DNA from: Tubiluchus corallicola
Taxonomy: Eukaryota > Animalia > Priapulida
Assembly: GCA_030141605.1 (NCBI GenBank)
Contig: JAQGDQ010000085.1
Span: 186,001-250,000, forward strand
DNA length: 64,000 bases
Direction of reading: 5' to 3'
The first letter of the stretch is position 1. The number at the start of each line of letters is the position of its first letter. A program made the position numbers and the translations under genes. Under the pieces are notes generated by a model. It had not been told where the DNA came from, did not search any database, and saw only the letters and a program-made list of their open reading frames with translations. Of the stretch, positions 12,401 to 27,400 are shown one piece after another.

Positions 12401-15400
12401 GTCTGGTGGGTTTCAGCAATGCCCAGTTCCCATGGCAACCCTGCAAACTTTATACCCGTCCAGCTACTTGCCCCTGTTCCGCCATCGTGACCAGAGATAA
12501 CAATGTGCTCCGACTTTCCCTGAAAATATACTCAACCTCATTAGGTTATGTTTATGTATTGTACTTTTGTATCAAATCACTTTGAAATTTTTTCAAACAA
12601 ACAAAGAAACTAATTAATTAAATTAGCTACTCACAATTCAAAAGCACTTTTTAATGGCATGAAATAGAATTAATGGACCTAAAAGTAACTTAAGTTAAGC
12701 ACACTTAACTGAACAGTATTAAGTTAATTATTGTTCAACATAAATTGTGGAGTTCAGTAATTCTAGCTTTTCCCAGTTAATATTCATCTAAAGGTTGAAA
12801 TTCAGCACTTATTCAGTACCACAGCTTCCACGTGTATTGTTAGAACATTCTTCTTTTGCCCACAGCCTTATCCGATGAACTCTTTGAACTTCGCAACAAA
12901 AAGACATTAAAAAACCTCCTACCTTTGCTACGCCTGCCGCCACCACCCCTACACCGACTTCGGACACCAATTTAACGCTGATTCTTGCTTTTGGGTTGCT
13001 GCATTTCAAATCATAGATTAACTGGGCAAGATCCTCAATGGAATAGATGTCATGATGAGGTGGTGGAGAAATCAATCCCACCCCAGGCACAGAGTTACGA
13101 GTCTTGGCAATTTCTCGGGTTACCTAACAACAAAAAATCAATAATCGAGTAACACTTTTACTCCTAAGTGCTTTTTAACAGTAACTTCATTGTCATGATG
13201 AGCTTCTGCCTCGCACAACCTCCAACAGCCAAGTAATTAAAAGTTGATTAATTAAAATTAGTGTGTAATGTTAATTAACAAAAATTAATCACTTTACCTT
13301 GTAACCAGGTAATTCTCCACCCTCTCCTGGTTTGGCTCCCTGTGCCATCTTTATCTGCAGATCATCAGCGTGACTGAGATAGGAGCTCGTGACTCCGAAA
13401 CGACCTGAAGCAACCTAAACACAACAAACTCAAAGTTAACAACACGGTAAATGCTCGCTGATCAAATTTCAAAGAAAAGATATTTTCTCAAAAGTTAACA
13501 CTCAGGTGTCCACTAAAACAGTGGAAACAGGAACATTAAACTTGCAATACATATTTAACTTCACCTCAATGTTTGGGACATCTACTTTTTTCTCATCTAA
13601 CTTTAATCTGTATTTATTTTTGCATCATCTGCATGCATATATCATCTACTTTCTTCAGCTTCTACATGCATCTACATTTATTTTTGAAACATCTACTTTC
13701 ACTTACTTAAATAAATAAAAACAACAGTGAGTAAATTATTAAAAAATTCTGTTAGTTCCTTTATCTTAGAAAGTAAAATTTTGTCAATTTTGTAGCTGAT
13801 TACGTGGCAGATGCCACATATGCAAAGGTAATAATTAACTAACCATCTACGTACGTCAGGTTTGCTACATATTCAGGACAATTAGATAAAATCATGACAT
13901 CTTTCAGCTGGTAGGGTCCATAGGAAAATATGCAAAGATATCTATAACAAACTGTTTGCGTACGTCTGGTTTCAGAATGAGGTGCCGCATATATTGTACA
14001 ATTACAGAAAATCATTGCATCTTTCAGTTGGTAGGGAACATAGAAAAATATTCTATGTTTTATTATTACAAGCTATTTAATAAGCTATTACAAGTTTTTG
14101 TCGCTGTTAGTTTTCGTGTATTATTTTTCCAAATGTTCATTCGTTTTTTCCTGTATTATAGAAAATGTTAAAAAATTTCTTTCGTTCCATTTGCATATTG
14201 AAAAGCAGTCATTCTTGTATTTCATTCGTGTATCTTGTATCGTGTACCGCACACTGCTTCACCTGTTTTATGGATGATCTGGTATTGAGATCTTCTTCTT
14301 GATCCTCGTACCGCTCTGGTTTCTCACCACCCTCACCAGTGTTGGACTTTGCACCAACACGGTTCATGGCAATGGCAAGTGTTGTATGAGCCTCCCACGA
14401 TATGCTGCCAAAACTCATGGCGCCCGTGGAAAATCGCTTTACAATTTCTTTAGCTGGTTCAACTTCTTCTATGTCTATCGCCATATCTGCATACCTAATC
14501 TCCAACTGACCCCTTAGAGTACAGAATCTGAAAAAGAGTGTTGCATTCAAAGTTGTTGAACAAACTGAATTGATGCTTTGGATGTCTCCTCCTTTTATTT
14601 CAGTCGTCAAGCCAAGAAAATTACAAAAATTTTACAGCTAAAAACTCCTGCCTCTAAAAAAGATTTTTGACTAAAAATAGTGTATTTTTCTGCAGCACTG
14701 AAATTTCTAACAAGTCACAAAACTCACTAGGTTTAATTAAATTATAGCAGTAATTCATTTTTCCAAGGGAGTTCTGCAAAACTGTTTGAACTTTAGAAAT
14801 TACTAGTAATTAATATTTAGAGAAACTAGACAAGATTTAACTTCAAAGTGTAATTGAAGAAATGAATTTTTATAATCACCATAATTTTTTCAAATAATAT
14901 GTTTATTGCAAGTCAAATTATTTAACAATCTCCTACTATTGATCAGAACGAGTAGATAAGCAACAATTTGATGGCAGAGGTTTAAAAAATATATTACGAA
15001 GTTTTAAAATACTTTCACCTATTTTGCAGCTCAGATGCATCTACGAATCTCTGGTACGCTTTTGTACTATTCATGCGCACGGCTTCCTGTAGATTAGCTA
15101 CAGAGATGGGATCGTTCACATGCTTTTCCCCACCCTGCCTCCAGTGGTAGTAACCAGGGTTGATGATTAATCTATTGTCTAGTTCTCTTTTAGCATATGC
15201 AATAAAGTGCCTGTTAAGTATTTCTTCTCCTAGAATTTTGAAGTTTGAACCACCAAGTCTGGATGCAGTGCCGATGAAACACTTGTCTATGACATCCTGG
15301 CTTAAACCAACAGCTTCAAAAATTTGTGCACCCTGGAGAAAACATAATAAACTACCTTAATATCATAATTGATAAAAACTGGCATTTAAACACATCAAAA

Positions 15401-18400
15401 ATTTAATAACTGAATTAGTGACATTGCATAAAGTACTATATTGCAATTTGAATCTAGAAGACAGATGTTTCAAATTCTTAATAATAAGAACGGCAACAGA
15501 TTAATAAGTATTTCATACTAAAATTATGGTATTCTATAAGCTTTGTAATAGAAACAGAAACAATGGCAAATAACAAACAAATTAACGAATTATTTTCAAG
15601 TTACAGATTAGATCGGCTCTGTTACCACTTTTAAGGAAAAATCAGTATACCTATAGACAAAAAACATGAAACACACAAACGGAGTGAGGTGGTCTTCAGC
15701 ATTTTCAAAAAAACTGTGTTGGAAGATGCAAGAATAGGTAAAATCTATTGTTTAACGAAATTCAACCGATTTAGAGAAACACACTCACCTTGTAACTCTG
15801 CAATGTAGATATACCCATCTTAGCCATGACCTTAGAAATGCCTCTTGCAATGGCGTCTTTATAATTAAGGAATATATCCTCGTCGCTCAGAGGTGGCGTC
15901 ATTGCTCCAGACTCGCGCACGTACTGCATGACTTCAAACACCAAATATGGGCAAATGGCATCGCAGCCATAGCCAATCAATGTGCAGAAGTGGTGCACGA
16001 CCCTGAAAAGGACAAAATACATCAAGAAATACTTGAAAAAGAATGCCATTGATAAACTTAATAGTAAAATAGATACTAAGTGGTAAGTAACTCACCTGCA
16101 CTCTGCACTTTCTAATATGATGGCACATTTCATCCGCTGTCTTTGTTTGATAAGGTGGTGGTGTACGGCTCCAACAGCCAATAGTGAACTAAAAATGAGT
16201 AAAACAAATATGGATATTCACGTTATATGAAAACTCTGGGAGGAGAAACAAAAGAAATTTTTTAGCAAAATCACTAGCTAGAGGTTAAATATTACTGGAC
16301 AGCAGAATGGTGAAATGCCTCAAGCATGAATAATCCTGCCAATCTGCAGTTGTCAATAAGAGATGAAAATAAAATATAAAAAGTAAAAAGCACAACAAGA
16401 AAAATATATAGGGGACACGTTACACCTCCATATCAAAACAGTGTTCACACTAATGCTTGACACACTTCCTATGATACTATTATAGGTAGTTCTATGTCTG
16501 ACATGCTCCCTATATTATTATTACATGTACCTTCATTTATTACTTGAAGCTGTGAGTTAGAATACTTAGCAAAGCAATGTATACTTCGCCTGCTTATCAC
16601 AGAATAGAAATAAAAAAATTCACAAATATCTTTGCGTGTGGGTATTGTGGTACGGCAACAGCAACAGTAACAATAACTTCCTGTTTTTAATAACCAAGGT
16701 GTACAAGGCAGTTCTTGGGTTAAGCTTATTAGCAGCCAGCTAAGTAAGAGAGTTCTACACAAGAATTTCTTTACATGACCTAATGAGCATCTTTGCTATT
16801 CACTACTACTGTACGGCATTGCTAAACCAGTCAATGGTAGCTCGGTTTAGGGCAAAAAACAACAATTAAACTATTAAATAAGATGCAACAGAATATACGA
16901 CATAGTTACACCAAAAATTAAATGGGAAGTTTTTAGTCATAACTTGAATGTATATCACACACCAGAATGTACACAGAACCGAAATTTGGCTAGAAGTTAT
17001 GACCCTCACATTACAAAATATTCAGATGAACACCAACTTAATACTTTATTTCAAAGTTCAAAATGTATTTTGATTACAGTGACATAAATTCTTATCATAC
17101 GAATGACGACTAGTAACTTTATGGATCTGAAATTACCAAATATGAATCTACACCGAATCTCATTTTCATAATAATTGTCAAATCTGGATAGAATCCGAAT
17201 CTTAGTTTAAAATAATTTTCGAATCCGTATCGAATCCAAATCTCAGTTTAAAATAATTTTCGAAACCGAATCGAATTCGAATCTCAATTTTTCAAATTGT
17301 TCTTTCAACCAAATCAAATTCAAATCTCAATTTTTCAAATTGTTCTTGCAACTGAATCTTTTTCGAATCTTTGCAGTTTTCAACAAAATTATAGCAGACT
17401 GGTGAGATAACAATGATTTTCACGAAGATTACAGATGACCTATCTAAGTAACACGTTTGACAGTAATTTTGCAATAATAAAGACTATAGATGATCTAACT
17501 ATTTGTGACAGATTTTTTCTGCCGATGACTAACAATATAAAATTCGTTGGGGTGCCTTCACCTACATGAGTCGGTGTAAAATTGTAATGTGATGCATGCG
17601 TTTGCTCAGGATGTCATGAGTTAGACACGTGCTGAAACCGAATATGGCATCGTCAGCATATTTCAAGTAGGGCAAAATTATCAAAAGAGGCGATTTCAGG
17701 ATTTTGACGTAAATTTTAAAGGTAAATGAGCATATAATGCTTTTATAATACAGCGCTATCGAATCACCTCTGCATATAAGTGAAAAAATTCATAGCGAAT
17801 AATTTGTGTGCAGACAAAAACCATGTCAAGTGCGATGAAAAATTCAGTCTTACCTGACAGGTACGTTCTCTCTACCTGCTTTCCTATCAGACAAGATTAA
17901 CAACGTGTAGCCCTCAGTTACAGCTTCACTGGCTTCTTCACAAATGCTGTCTAGTGCAGGTTCAAGACCGTATGCACCGGATTTGATGCTGAACACAATG
18001 TCTATTACTTTAGCCTGAAATAATAAACATACGCAATAAGTTTGTGACTGCCACAAAATTGTCTCCATATCAAGCAGCAAATCATCATTGCAATTTTCTT
18101 TTCAACTCGCCAGCAACTCAAACAGGTTCACGTATGAAAACAAAGTGCAAGTCACTATAGACATACTTACTTCAAATGAACCAAACTCGGTTCAACAACA
18201 GACTACAATCGAATGGTAGGAATTTACAAATCAATTACTAATAATCAATGGCAAATCACCTTAATTGCCAATTAATACCATTTAATATCATTGTTTTTTC
18301 CAAATTTTACCCTTGCAGGCTCAGGCTGACAGAGAAAAATATAAAATTCTTCACCGAGGAACTGATCTCAGAACATTTTGAATTCCAGTTAGATATGTTG

Positions 18401-21400
18401 ATGCAAACATGTTGGCAAGCCTAACTTTGATCACAAAGCACATGCATGAGGCCACCTGGGCAAACGTCCCATCCCACTACTTATATAACGAGGATACATT
18501 CTAAAGCCTTCTAAATCAAAATTTCTATTATTTATTCTAAAGCAAAATAATTAAAATAAATGTTTAAAATTACTGCATCATATTTAAAGTTTACACAAAT
18601 ACTAATCAAAGCTGAAGTCCTAACTTTAGCCAAAATGTCATAAATGCATTCACTATTATGCGAAATTTTCGAACAACAAACATATGATAAAACTGCACAA
18701 TTTCACACGTACAACCGATGTTAGTAAGACAAGATGAAATAAGCACTTGTATCAAATACAGTACACACCAGCATACCTTCATATTTTTATAGTCTGCTCT
18801 TTTTATCACTTCAATATCATTCAAGGAGAGCACAGGATTGTGAAGAAGAAGCCGCTTACACTGGTTAGCACTTGGTTCCAAGATGTTGGCTTCGGGACCA
18901 ATTGGACAAGCCTGAAAAACAAGAATAGTTCTGATTGCGAGTCTTTGTTGATGATTCGAGTTTTCTAATTTTTACTTTTCAAAAGATAGAAACCTATCCA
19001 TTAAGAATCTTTCTTCACAATTGCTCCATTTTTAACTAATTTTTATTTATTGTTCATTAAGTACTGGAATGGTACAGTACATATTAGTAAATGGATACAA
19101 TGTGCACGACATAGAAAAAAACATATAATAAAAATGTAGGTGCCAATATGATGGGTGAAAATAACAATTAACAATCAATAAGCATTAACAAAGCACGAAA
19201 AATTAAAAGCGAAATTCAGAAATAGTTTGCACTTCGATAATTACAATACATGTAAATAATTAACATTTTTAGCAACAACAAATGGTTAAAGAACTTTTTA
19301 TACAAGTTGCCTCGCTGCAAGCCAAGATCCAGTATTTAACGACAAGGACTAATTATTATGTTGACATTTATGGCAGAATCTACAACCTATATAATTATGA
19401 AAAACACAAGTAGTCACAGACTTACAACCTATGCAACTAACGACTGTTCGACTTTATGACCCGACCCCCCCACACAATTTAACTAATTAATTATCCAAAA
19501 CCAACCATAACTCATATTTCTTTTATTTTTAAAACAAATTAACTTTAAATCGCTATCTGTTTCCATAAATTCATCATAGGCGCCACCATATAAGGCGCGG
19601 CTACACATATAAGTCTTAAGTATAATGGTGCACTGCTTGAATATACGGGTCCAACTTACGACCAATTTGTCTTACAACCAATGAGTTGTAATCTGTAACC
19701 CTACTTGTAATCCTTTAAAATGAGATACTTAAACAGCAGAGGTGTCTCAGGCATGCGAGTATATATAGTGGATAAACATTCTCTATCTAAGAAAGGAATA
19801 ACCAGAGACAGCACGGCAGAAAATATCAACCAAAAACAGTTTTAATGACGATCACCCATCCACTTACTACTAGGTTTTGCAATGCTTAAACTTCCGCTAT
19901 TATATAGTTAAGTACTAATAATGCACATTCCCTTTAACAAGTTACAAGTGACAAAGAAAATAGAAATCAAAATTTTAGGCTCTTAAAATCTGTCAATTTA
20001 TGAACTGTGTAAAATCTACTTACGAGTGACATAATGACTCTTTCTCGAAACGGATCTATAGGTGGGTTTGTGACTTGCGCAAATAATTGTTTAAAATAAT
20101 TGAAAATGAGCGGATTGTAATCAGACAAGCAGGCCAGAGGAGCATCGTTACCCATTGAGCCGAGAGCTTCCTTCCTAAAATCAATTTATAAAACACACTG
20201 AGAAGAAATTAAGAATGAAAAAACATTAATAAAGCAATCTAAAATAAGTTGGTGTTACTAAGCCTAACTGTGCCTATAGCAATTTACAATCTAGGTACTA
20301 ATATTGCATCACTAACTGCAGGGTAGCATTTTAGCAAAATAAATCTACTTCAACAACAAATTGTGTAAGATTTATAGCCTAAACAGATAAATGATCATTT
20401 TTTATATCTTGTTTGCATAAACTAATGCCTAGCATTGTACAAAACACCACCATTACCACGATTACTATGTTTTTGTGAGTATTGATTTTTATCTGTATTA
20501 ACCTATACTTGTCCTGCTTGTATAGATCTTCACCTTTTTTTAATTTATTTTATATCTATAATTTATGTATTTAATTTATTGTATGTCTGTTGTTTTTTTC
20601 ATATCTTTGCATGTCTTCATACTAACTTTATACTGTACTGTCTTACATCTTGTATTGTCATTTGAAAAATATACTACATGTACGAAATAAATGGTATTTA
20701 TATGTAGTTTGAGCTTGAAAGTATATTAAATAGCTATTAACTTACTTGGTGTAGACCATGGGTAGTAACAGCAAAGTAAACGATTCAATAGTAAAACCAA
20801 ACAGTGGTAATCTACGATCAGCACTCAGACCTAATACAAACAAAACAGCACTAATGATAATGCAGAGCAGTGGATTCCATACAGAAATACAACAAGGAAG
20901 TTCTTGTTGGCAACCAAGTTCTACATACAAAATACAATCGTCTTACGCAAAGATATTCAACTATATATTCTTAATTCATATTTGTATTTGATGTTTGATA
21001 AACAAACAAATTATAAAAATGCTTTTGATTTCAGAAGGTAAAACAGACATAAAAGGATGTTGAAAATTTACTTACAAAACTGAGGTATGAATTCAAATCT
21101 TATGTTTATGCTAATATTTTCACTGATTTAACATTTCACCAGTACCGCTTCGTTTAAGACACTTGCATTTTTAACTTGTATAATCAATTATGATAGCCAC
21201 AGGCTAACTTTTTATTGTAGTAAACATGGACTTTAAATAAGTAGCAATCAATCAATACTAAATGTGTGTCAATACCATGAGCAACTTCAAATTCTTCAGG
21301 TAAGCCCAATGATAGTCTTCTCCGGCGTGACTTCTGTCCAGCCAAGTCAGGATTATTTTCTGCATCAGCTTGATATAGATCTTCCAATGTAATCATCTAG

Positions 21401-24400
21401 AACAACAAATATTAGCCATTATACAGTTTACAACAAAATCACAAATAATTAATGGTGCAGATGGCAAGGAAAAAGCAAGACAGTTTTTTCAGAAATGAGT
21501 TTCTAACCAAAAAGACTACTAAATTTTTTTGTTACCTCTTTTAGCCATTCCCCCACTGGTCGGAGATTTGCAATTTCTAATTTTAGGTCCTGATCCTCGC
21601 AAAATATGTGTTTCTCTGTGTCCACAAGTAACATACGACCCGGTTTTAATCTACCCTACAGCAATAAGGCAAAGTATAATTACATCAATTTAGTATTTTA
21701 TTCCAGATAAAGTAACTTTAAACATTGTAATTTAATAATAGCTGACTAGTAACATCACACAATAGGCAATTCTTAGTTTTGTCGTATAGTCAAATTCATA
21801 ACACTTTCAGAAAAGAAAGATGACAGTCTACACAGATGATGGTAACGACATCTTAACTCTAGACATCAAGACAAATCTTAACTCCCCAAAAACAAAAGTA
21901 AAAATTGTTTTTGTTTCAAACCTTTTGAACTACGTCCTTTGGTTCCAACTTTGCTATCCCAACTTCGCTAGCCATGTACATGACATTGCCGTTTGTGAGG
22001 TAATATCGAGATGGCCTCAGCCCATTTCTGTCTAAGATTGCACCAATGTAGCGACCATCCGTAAATGTCATCAAAGCTAAAAAATGATCAATTTATTAAA
22101 CGGAACACAAAAAGAATAGTGATATGAGTAATTATAATTATAGTGATACCAGCAGCTATGATTAAAGAGTTTGCAATTTAGTGTCTCATAAACATGAGCC
22201 AAGAAATTTTAAATATTTGATATCAAAGTCATACCAGGACCATCCCAAGGCTCCATAGCCATGCTGCTCCACATGTAAAAGTGTTTCTTGGCTTCGGGCA
22301 TTAAATAGTCTCTCTGCCAAGCTTCAGGTATCATTGTGATTGCAGCCTATAACATAAAATGAAATTAAAACAAAAGCCAAATCTCTCAGGAAGTCGAGCT
22401 TCTTTTAATATTTGAGAAAAATTGTTAGAAAGTTTCAGCAAAAAATTGTGATAAGCACCTCTTGTAAATAATAAAAGCATTTTAATGTCACAATCACTTC
22501 ACACCTTCAGCGCTTATTCTGAGCGAAAAATGGCATTATCCTGTTGTACGGCTGTATGAACACTTATCCCACCAGGTGCTTGAACAAGCTTTTTTGTAGC
22601 TGCAGTTACTACTATCAACTACAATCAATCCAAAATGTTAAACGAGAGAATATTAATACTATTTTTTCTGCTTTTTCACTATGTAATGAAAACCAGTTAC
22701 CGAAGATAATATAATAACTTCCAACTCGATCAGTTATCAGAGACAAAATGATAGAATAATTATTTTAACAAGCTGAAACTGAACTCTATAAGTTAAGTAA
22801 CCTGCCCGGCATGTACCGTAGGTTTGCAGCCTAGAAGAATTCCAAGCTTCTCTGTACTTACATTATGTGCAGTACTTATGCATTTTGAGGTATAATCACA
22901 TGTATTAAAGCTACGTAAGCACTTTATATAAAGTTATTGCTAATTGATCCGATGACTAATTTTTACATAAACACAGTTAAGTGCTAAGATTTAATCAGCT
23001 AGAATAGAAGTGTGTGAACTGCGAACTGCAATGTGTGAATCTGAATAAAATGCAGAAATTTTGCTACGTGTGCTTTCATGCTGTCCACCAGCTTATGTAA
23101 TTCTTTTCAAAAATGTGATTGAAAAGTTCATTTAGCGGGGGACAAAAATGAATTTAAAATCTTTTGCACTTTTTTAAGCAAAACAATATATTCACGTGTA
23201 CTATGTGGTATTTTCAATATTTCTACGTGTATCAAAATATAATGAATGTTTTTCGAATGTTGATTTCTCTTTTAAACTAATTCCGAGACTAAATTTAAAG
23301 CAAAAAAAATAGTTTTTAAACTGCAATATTTGTTCACCTCAGGAAGTGCACGACCTCCAGCCATCACTAAGAACTCAAGGACGTTGTCCAAGCTGCCCGA
23401 ATCAGACTGATTTGCCTCTACTACGGGATAGACTTTCTTCAGTTCTTTGCCAAATTGCTTGCTGTGCATCACTCCCTCCCGGGCCTTCATCAAATTGATA
23501 TTGCCACGAAGCGTATTAATTTCTCCATTATGAGCCAGGTATCTTCAAAAAAGCATTTATTAATATTAAATATTAAAACATAGAACATAAACATGTAACT
23601 GTAACATGGAAGGACTGATACTCCATAATATATGCGAACTAAAAATCCAAATGAAGAGAAATTATTACTAAATACCATATTCTGTTTTACTTCAGTAAAA
23701 TAAATTTCCGAAAAGAAATTGCAAAATAAAATTATTAAACAATATTATATTTAAAGCCCAAATACAGTGTACTTTATAAAGTTTCAGTTTTACACAAAAA
23801 CAAAAAATGCTCAACCTAAGACTTTCTGACACTTTTAACTTTTTCTTGGTTGTTTACGTAAGAGGAAATTGGGGTGTGAAGGTGTCGTTTCCGAAGAAAG
23901 TCTAGAACTTGATTTCGCGCATTTACTTGTTTATTGATGCCAGTACAATCAAGTCCTTTGTTATGGCATTTCGTTTGATTATCACGTGCTACATTTTGCT
24001 GTGTACCATTGTTTACATGATGTCACACAAATGATGTGGTGTTCACGGAATCTAGCACATTTGTTTAGCCTCTAATTTTCCGAATTTTCATAAGCAAAAC
24101 CGAACAAAACAATTTGGAGGAAAATCCAACTTCGAGGCTCGATTTCATTAGGAAGGAAGCCATGAAATTTAATAAAATTAGTATCAAACTTTAAGTTACG
24201 GTTAGCTCTTTTTATTAAAGAAAACTTCTTTTTAAATTTGACCTTCAAAAAAAAACATTTTATTTTGAAGCCTTAACTTTAGCAGTGTTACAAGTATTGA
24301 AAACATATACATTAGTACCATGATCTTAGCATAACATAAATTAATATAAAATCCATAGACACTGGAATAAACTTATACTTTCTTATTACTATTATTAAGA

Positions 24401-27400
24401 TTATAAATGTGCTTTGCTAAAATGTAATTATGGTAGTTTCTAGAGCAGATTAACTTCTTTCTGCTTTGCAATTACAAATGATCAGCAGCATTAATTCTGT
24501 ACCTGTAAGGATGAGCTCTTTCCCAGCTAGGAAAAGTGTTGGTTGAGAAACGACTATGAACCAACGCAATGTAACACTCATAGTCAGGATCTTGTAAGTC
24601 CTTGTAGTAATGCCACAATTGAGCAGTGTTAAGTTGTCCCTGTAAGTAATTAAATTACAAATTAATTTATGTATAAATAAAACAGTGGAGCAACTATTTA
24701 CAAACAAAGGTGGTAAAAGTAAGTAAGACATTACATTCTAAAAAACTTAAATCATCTACACAGGAAACAAGAGAGGAGCCATGGATGACAAATATCCACC
24801 CACACATGAGTGGACACACAGTGAAAACACCTTGTTACCTTTTCAAAGCAAAAAAAGGTCACTTAAGTCAAGTAACTTTCAACCACATCAGCAAAAGACG
24901 GTGTCAACTAGTTATCCGTGTTAACTACAAAACTTAATTGAGAATGAATCAACAGTAGTCTGTGAATTGTCTGATAATCAATTCAAATCAATCTTTGCTC
25001 AAAGGCATTAATAAAGCATAAAAAATAACATGAAAGGCTTAACGCAGGAAAAACAGTATTGTGTGTAAAACTGAAAAGAATTTTTTTTTAAAAAAACGAG
25101 CAAATTTTTTAAACTATAAAATGATTAAAAAAGCCACAAACTTTGTGATCCCACAACGATGTTACAGTTTAGTTATAAAAACAAACTGAAGTACAGCAAT
25201 GTAGGGTTTACTGAAATTGCTGCATGTGATGGAATTTCCTCAAAGACTTCGAAATCCAAGTTTTGGACCTTTGCCAACAGCACAATGTGTCGTAGGCCAT
25301 TACGCGATTATACTGGTGAAGATCAATATACTATTATACTCAGCAAGAAGCATGAAGAGGACGTGTAATCCCACCAGTGCCATCAAAGTGAAGACGCAGT
25401 ATTGATTAACAGCTCCAAAGAGAGGAGAGAAACCCACTCAAATTATTATCTTTTATTGCTGATTTAAGCTAAAATCGCGGCTGCGTGAAATAACACAACT
25501 ATTTCCTACGTTTAAAAATGAACTGGATAAATCAAACAGCAAATTACATAAAGTTTGAGCAAAACTCTGAAAAGTAAGACTTCTAGAAAATGTCATAATT
25601 ATTCAGCAATTACTATGCATTACAAGTTGTTACAAATTAAATTATCACCATAGGAAATACTCATGATAATAACTATTAGGAGTTCTTAATAGTGCGTATA
25701 TAATTACATTCAGATAAGCCAAATGATACAGTACAGTACAGGAAAATGGTAAGTTCTTAGAAAGTACAATCAGTCATTGAATGGTCATTCAAAGCCACGA
25801 TTTATGTAAAGCATCAAAATGTTTCTAATGGCAAAATAAAACCTAAAGTGAAAAAAGATAACAGAAATTTGCTTCTGGATTTCCCAGCAACTTGTGAAAA
25901 TTTGCCAGACGACAGCCCTAACGAAAGTGAAAGTAAAGTCAGGAAAAGGTGATTTTAGTATCATTAAGCATCATAAATAAACACAAATATGATGCACGTG
26001 TTTACATGACATAATATAAACAAGTGAGACCTTACAGTAAATAGACTAACAAGATGATTTGTGCAAAGTGCAACACATTTAATTGCTTTATGTACCTTAC
26101 CTTGTATGTAACAGTTTTAGTTGACAAACTGACGAAGTAGAACTTGACTTTGTGATCAGGAATGGTATGAGATGCTCGTTTTCTCAACAAGAACAACTAT
26201 ATAAATCAAATAACATAAAAAATAACGAATTACAACAAAGCAATGGTGTGAACCAATGTCATTTACCGCACAGCAGAACGAAATTGAAATTTTTTCCAAG
26301 ACACCATAATATTGGCATTGATCACGGTCTATGATAAAATAACATAAAAAACTTCACAAAAGATGAAAAATTACCTTTTTGTGAAACTCAGCCTTGTCAG
26401 AAGTGTCTTCAGCTGTGATAAAAACCTAAAAAGTTAATTAAATTAATTTAAAACATCACTAATTGTTTACCACAAGAGTTGATTTCCACTGTTTCTGTGC
26501 TATTGTTATATAGTTAAGTGCCACCACAGATCTACACTTAACAACTTTGATTTATTCTAATTAATGAATAGAAAACATTCAGATACACAATTACACACAT
26601 GCTACATGCATTTGGTGTATGAAATTGACAGCAAAATACAAGTCAGCGCCTATGAATTTGAGGTGTTAAGAAAAAGAACGGTCCCGTAGCAGACATGTCT
26701 ATTGGGAATTTGGAATAGATTGTTACGGTTGCAGTTTACAAAGCTTTAGGACCTAGAAGAACAGGTGGTTAGCCTGTCACTCGGCCGCCTTTCGTCTCCC
26801 AGTACATGACCAGGTACTCAATTAAAAGTTGAGTAGACATAGGAAGGCTGTCAGAGTTTGATGTTCAACTGGTAAATGGTTTGAAAAATCCTTAACTGGA
26901 TGAATTAGCACCCAGAATCCCTGGCTCGACAACCAAACACTCAGCCACCGCACTTTGCATTTGTGAGAAAGTGACAGTAAAATACCAGTCACTATTTAGG
27001 AAGAGCCAATTATTCTCAAAATTCCTTACTTGGTCAAAAATACGGCAATTTACGCTTCAAAAGTAGCTAGTGTTAGCTAATAACAAAATTTTCACTATAG
27101 AAATAATGATACAGAAATACTGAATGATCAAGAACACTAACGATGAAGAAATATAGCTTCCACATATTGACTGTTAAATTCAACTCTACTGCAAATTGCG
27201 GACGTGATGACCTTCCATATGCTCTTCAATACTACAAGTCAGGACAAAATAACTGAGAGAAGTGGTTAAACCAATAAACTTCAGGCCAGCATTTCGAAAC
27301 TTTAACATAAGGACACAACGCATGTTAGTGCATGACAGCATACAGAATGTAAAACCTCAAAGCCAAAATTCAACAAAAGAAATCTTTAAGGCGACTAAAT

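Noticed and set aside
17190-17360. CRISPR-like array
   Set aside because: Contiguous tandem units with no unique spacers, no cas genes, and a eukaryotic intron context.
25205-25920. Possible hAT element (TAGGG..CCCTA ends) with short ORFs
   Set aside because: Ends do not match beyond 5 bp, there is no TSD, and no convincing transposase motif.
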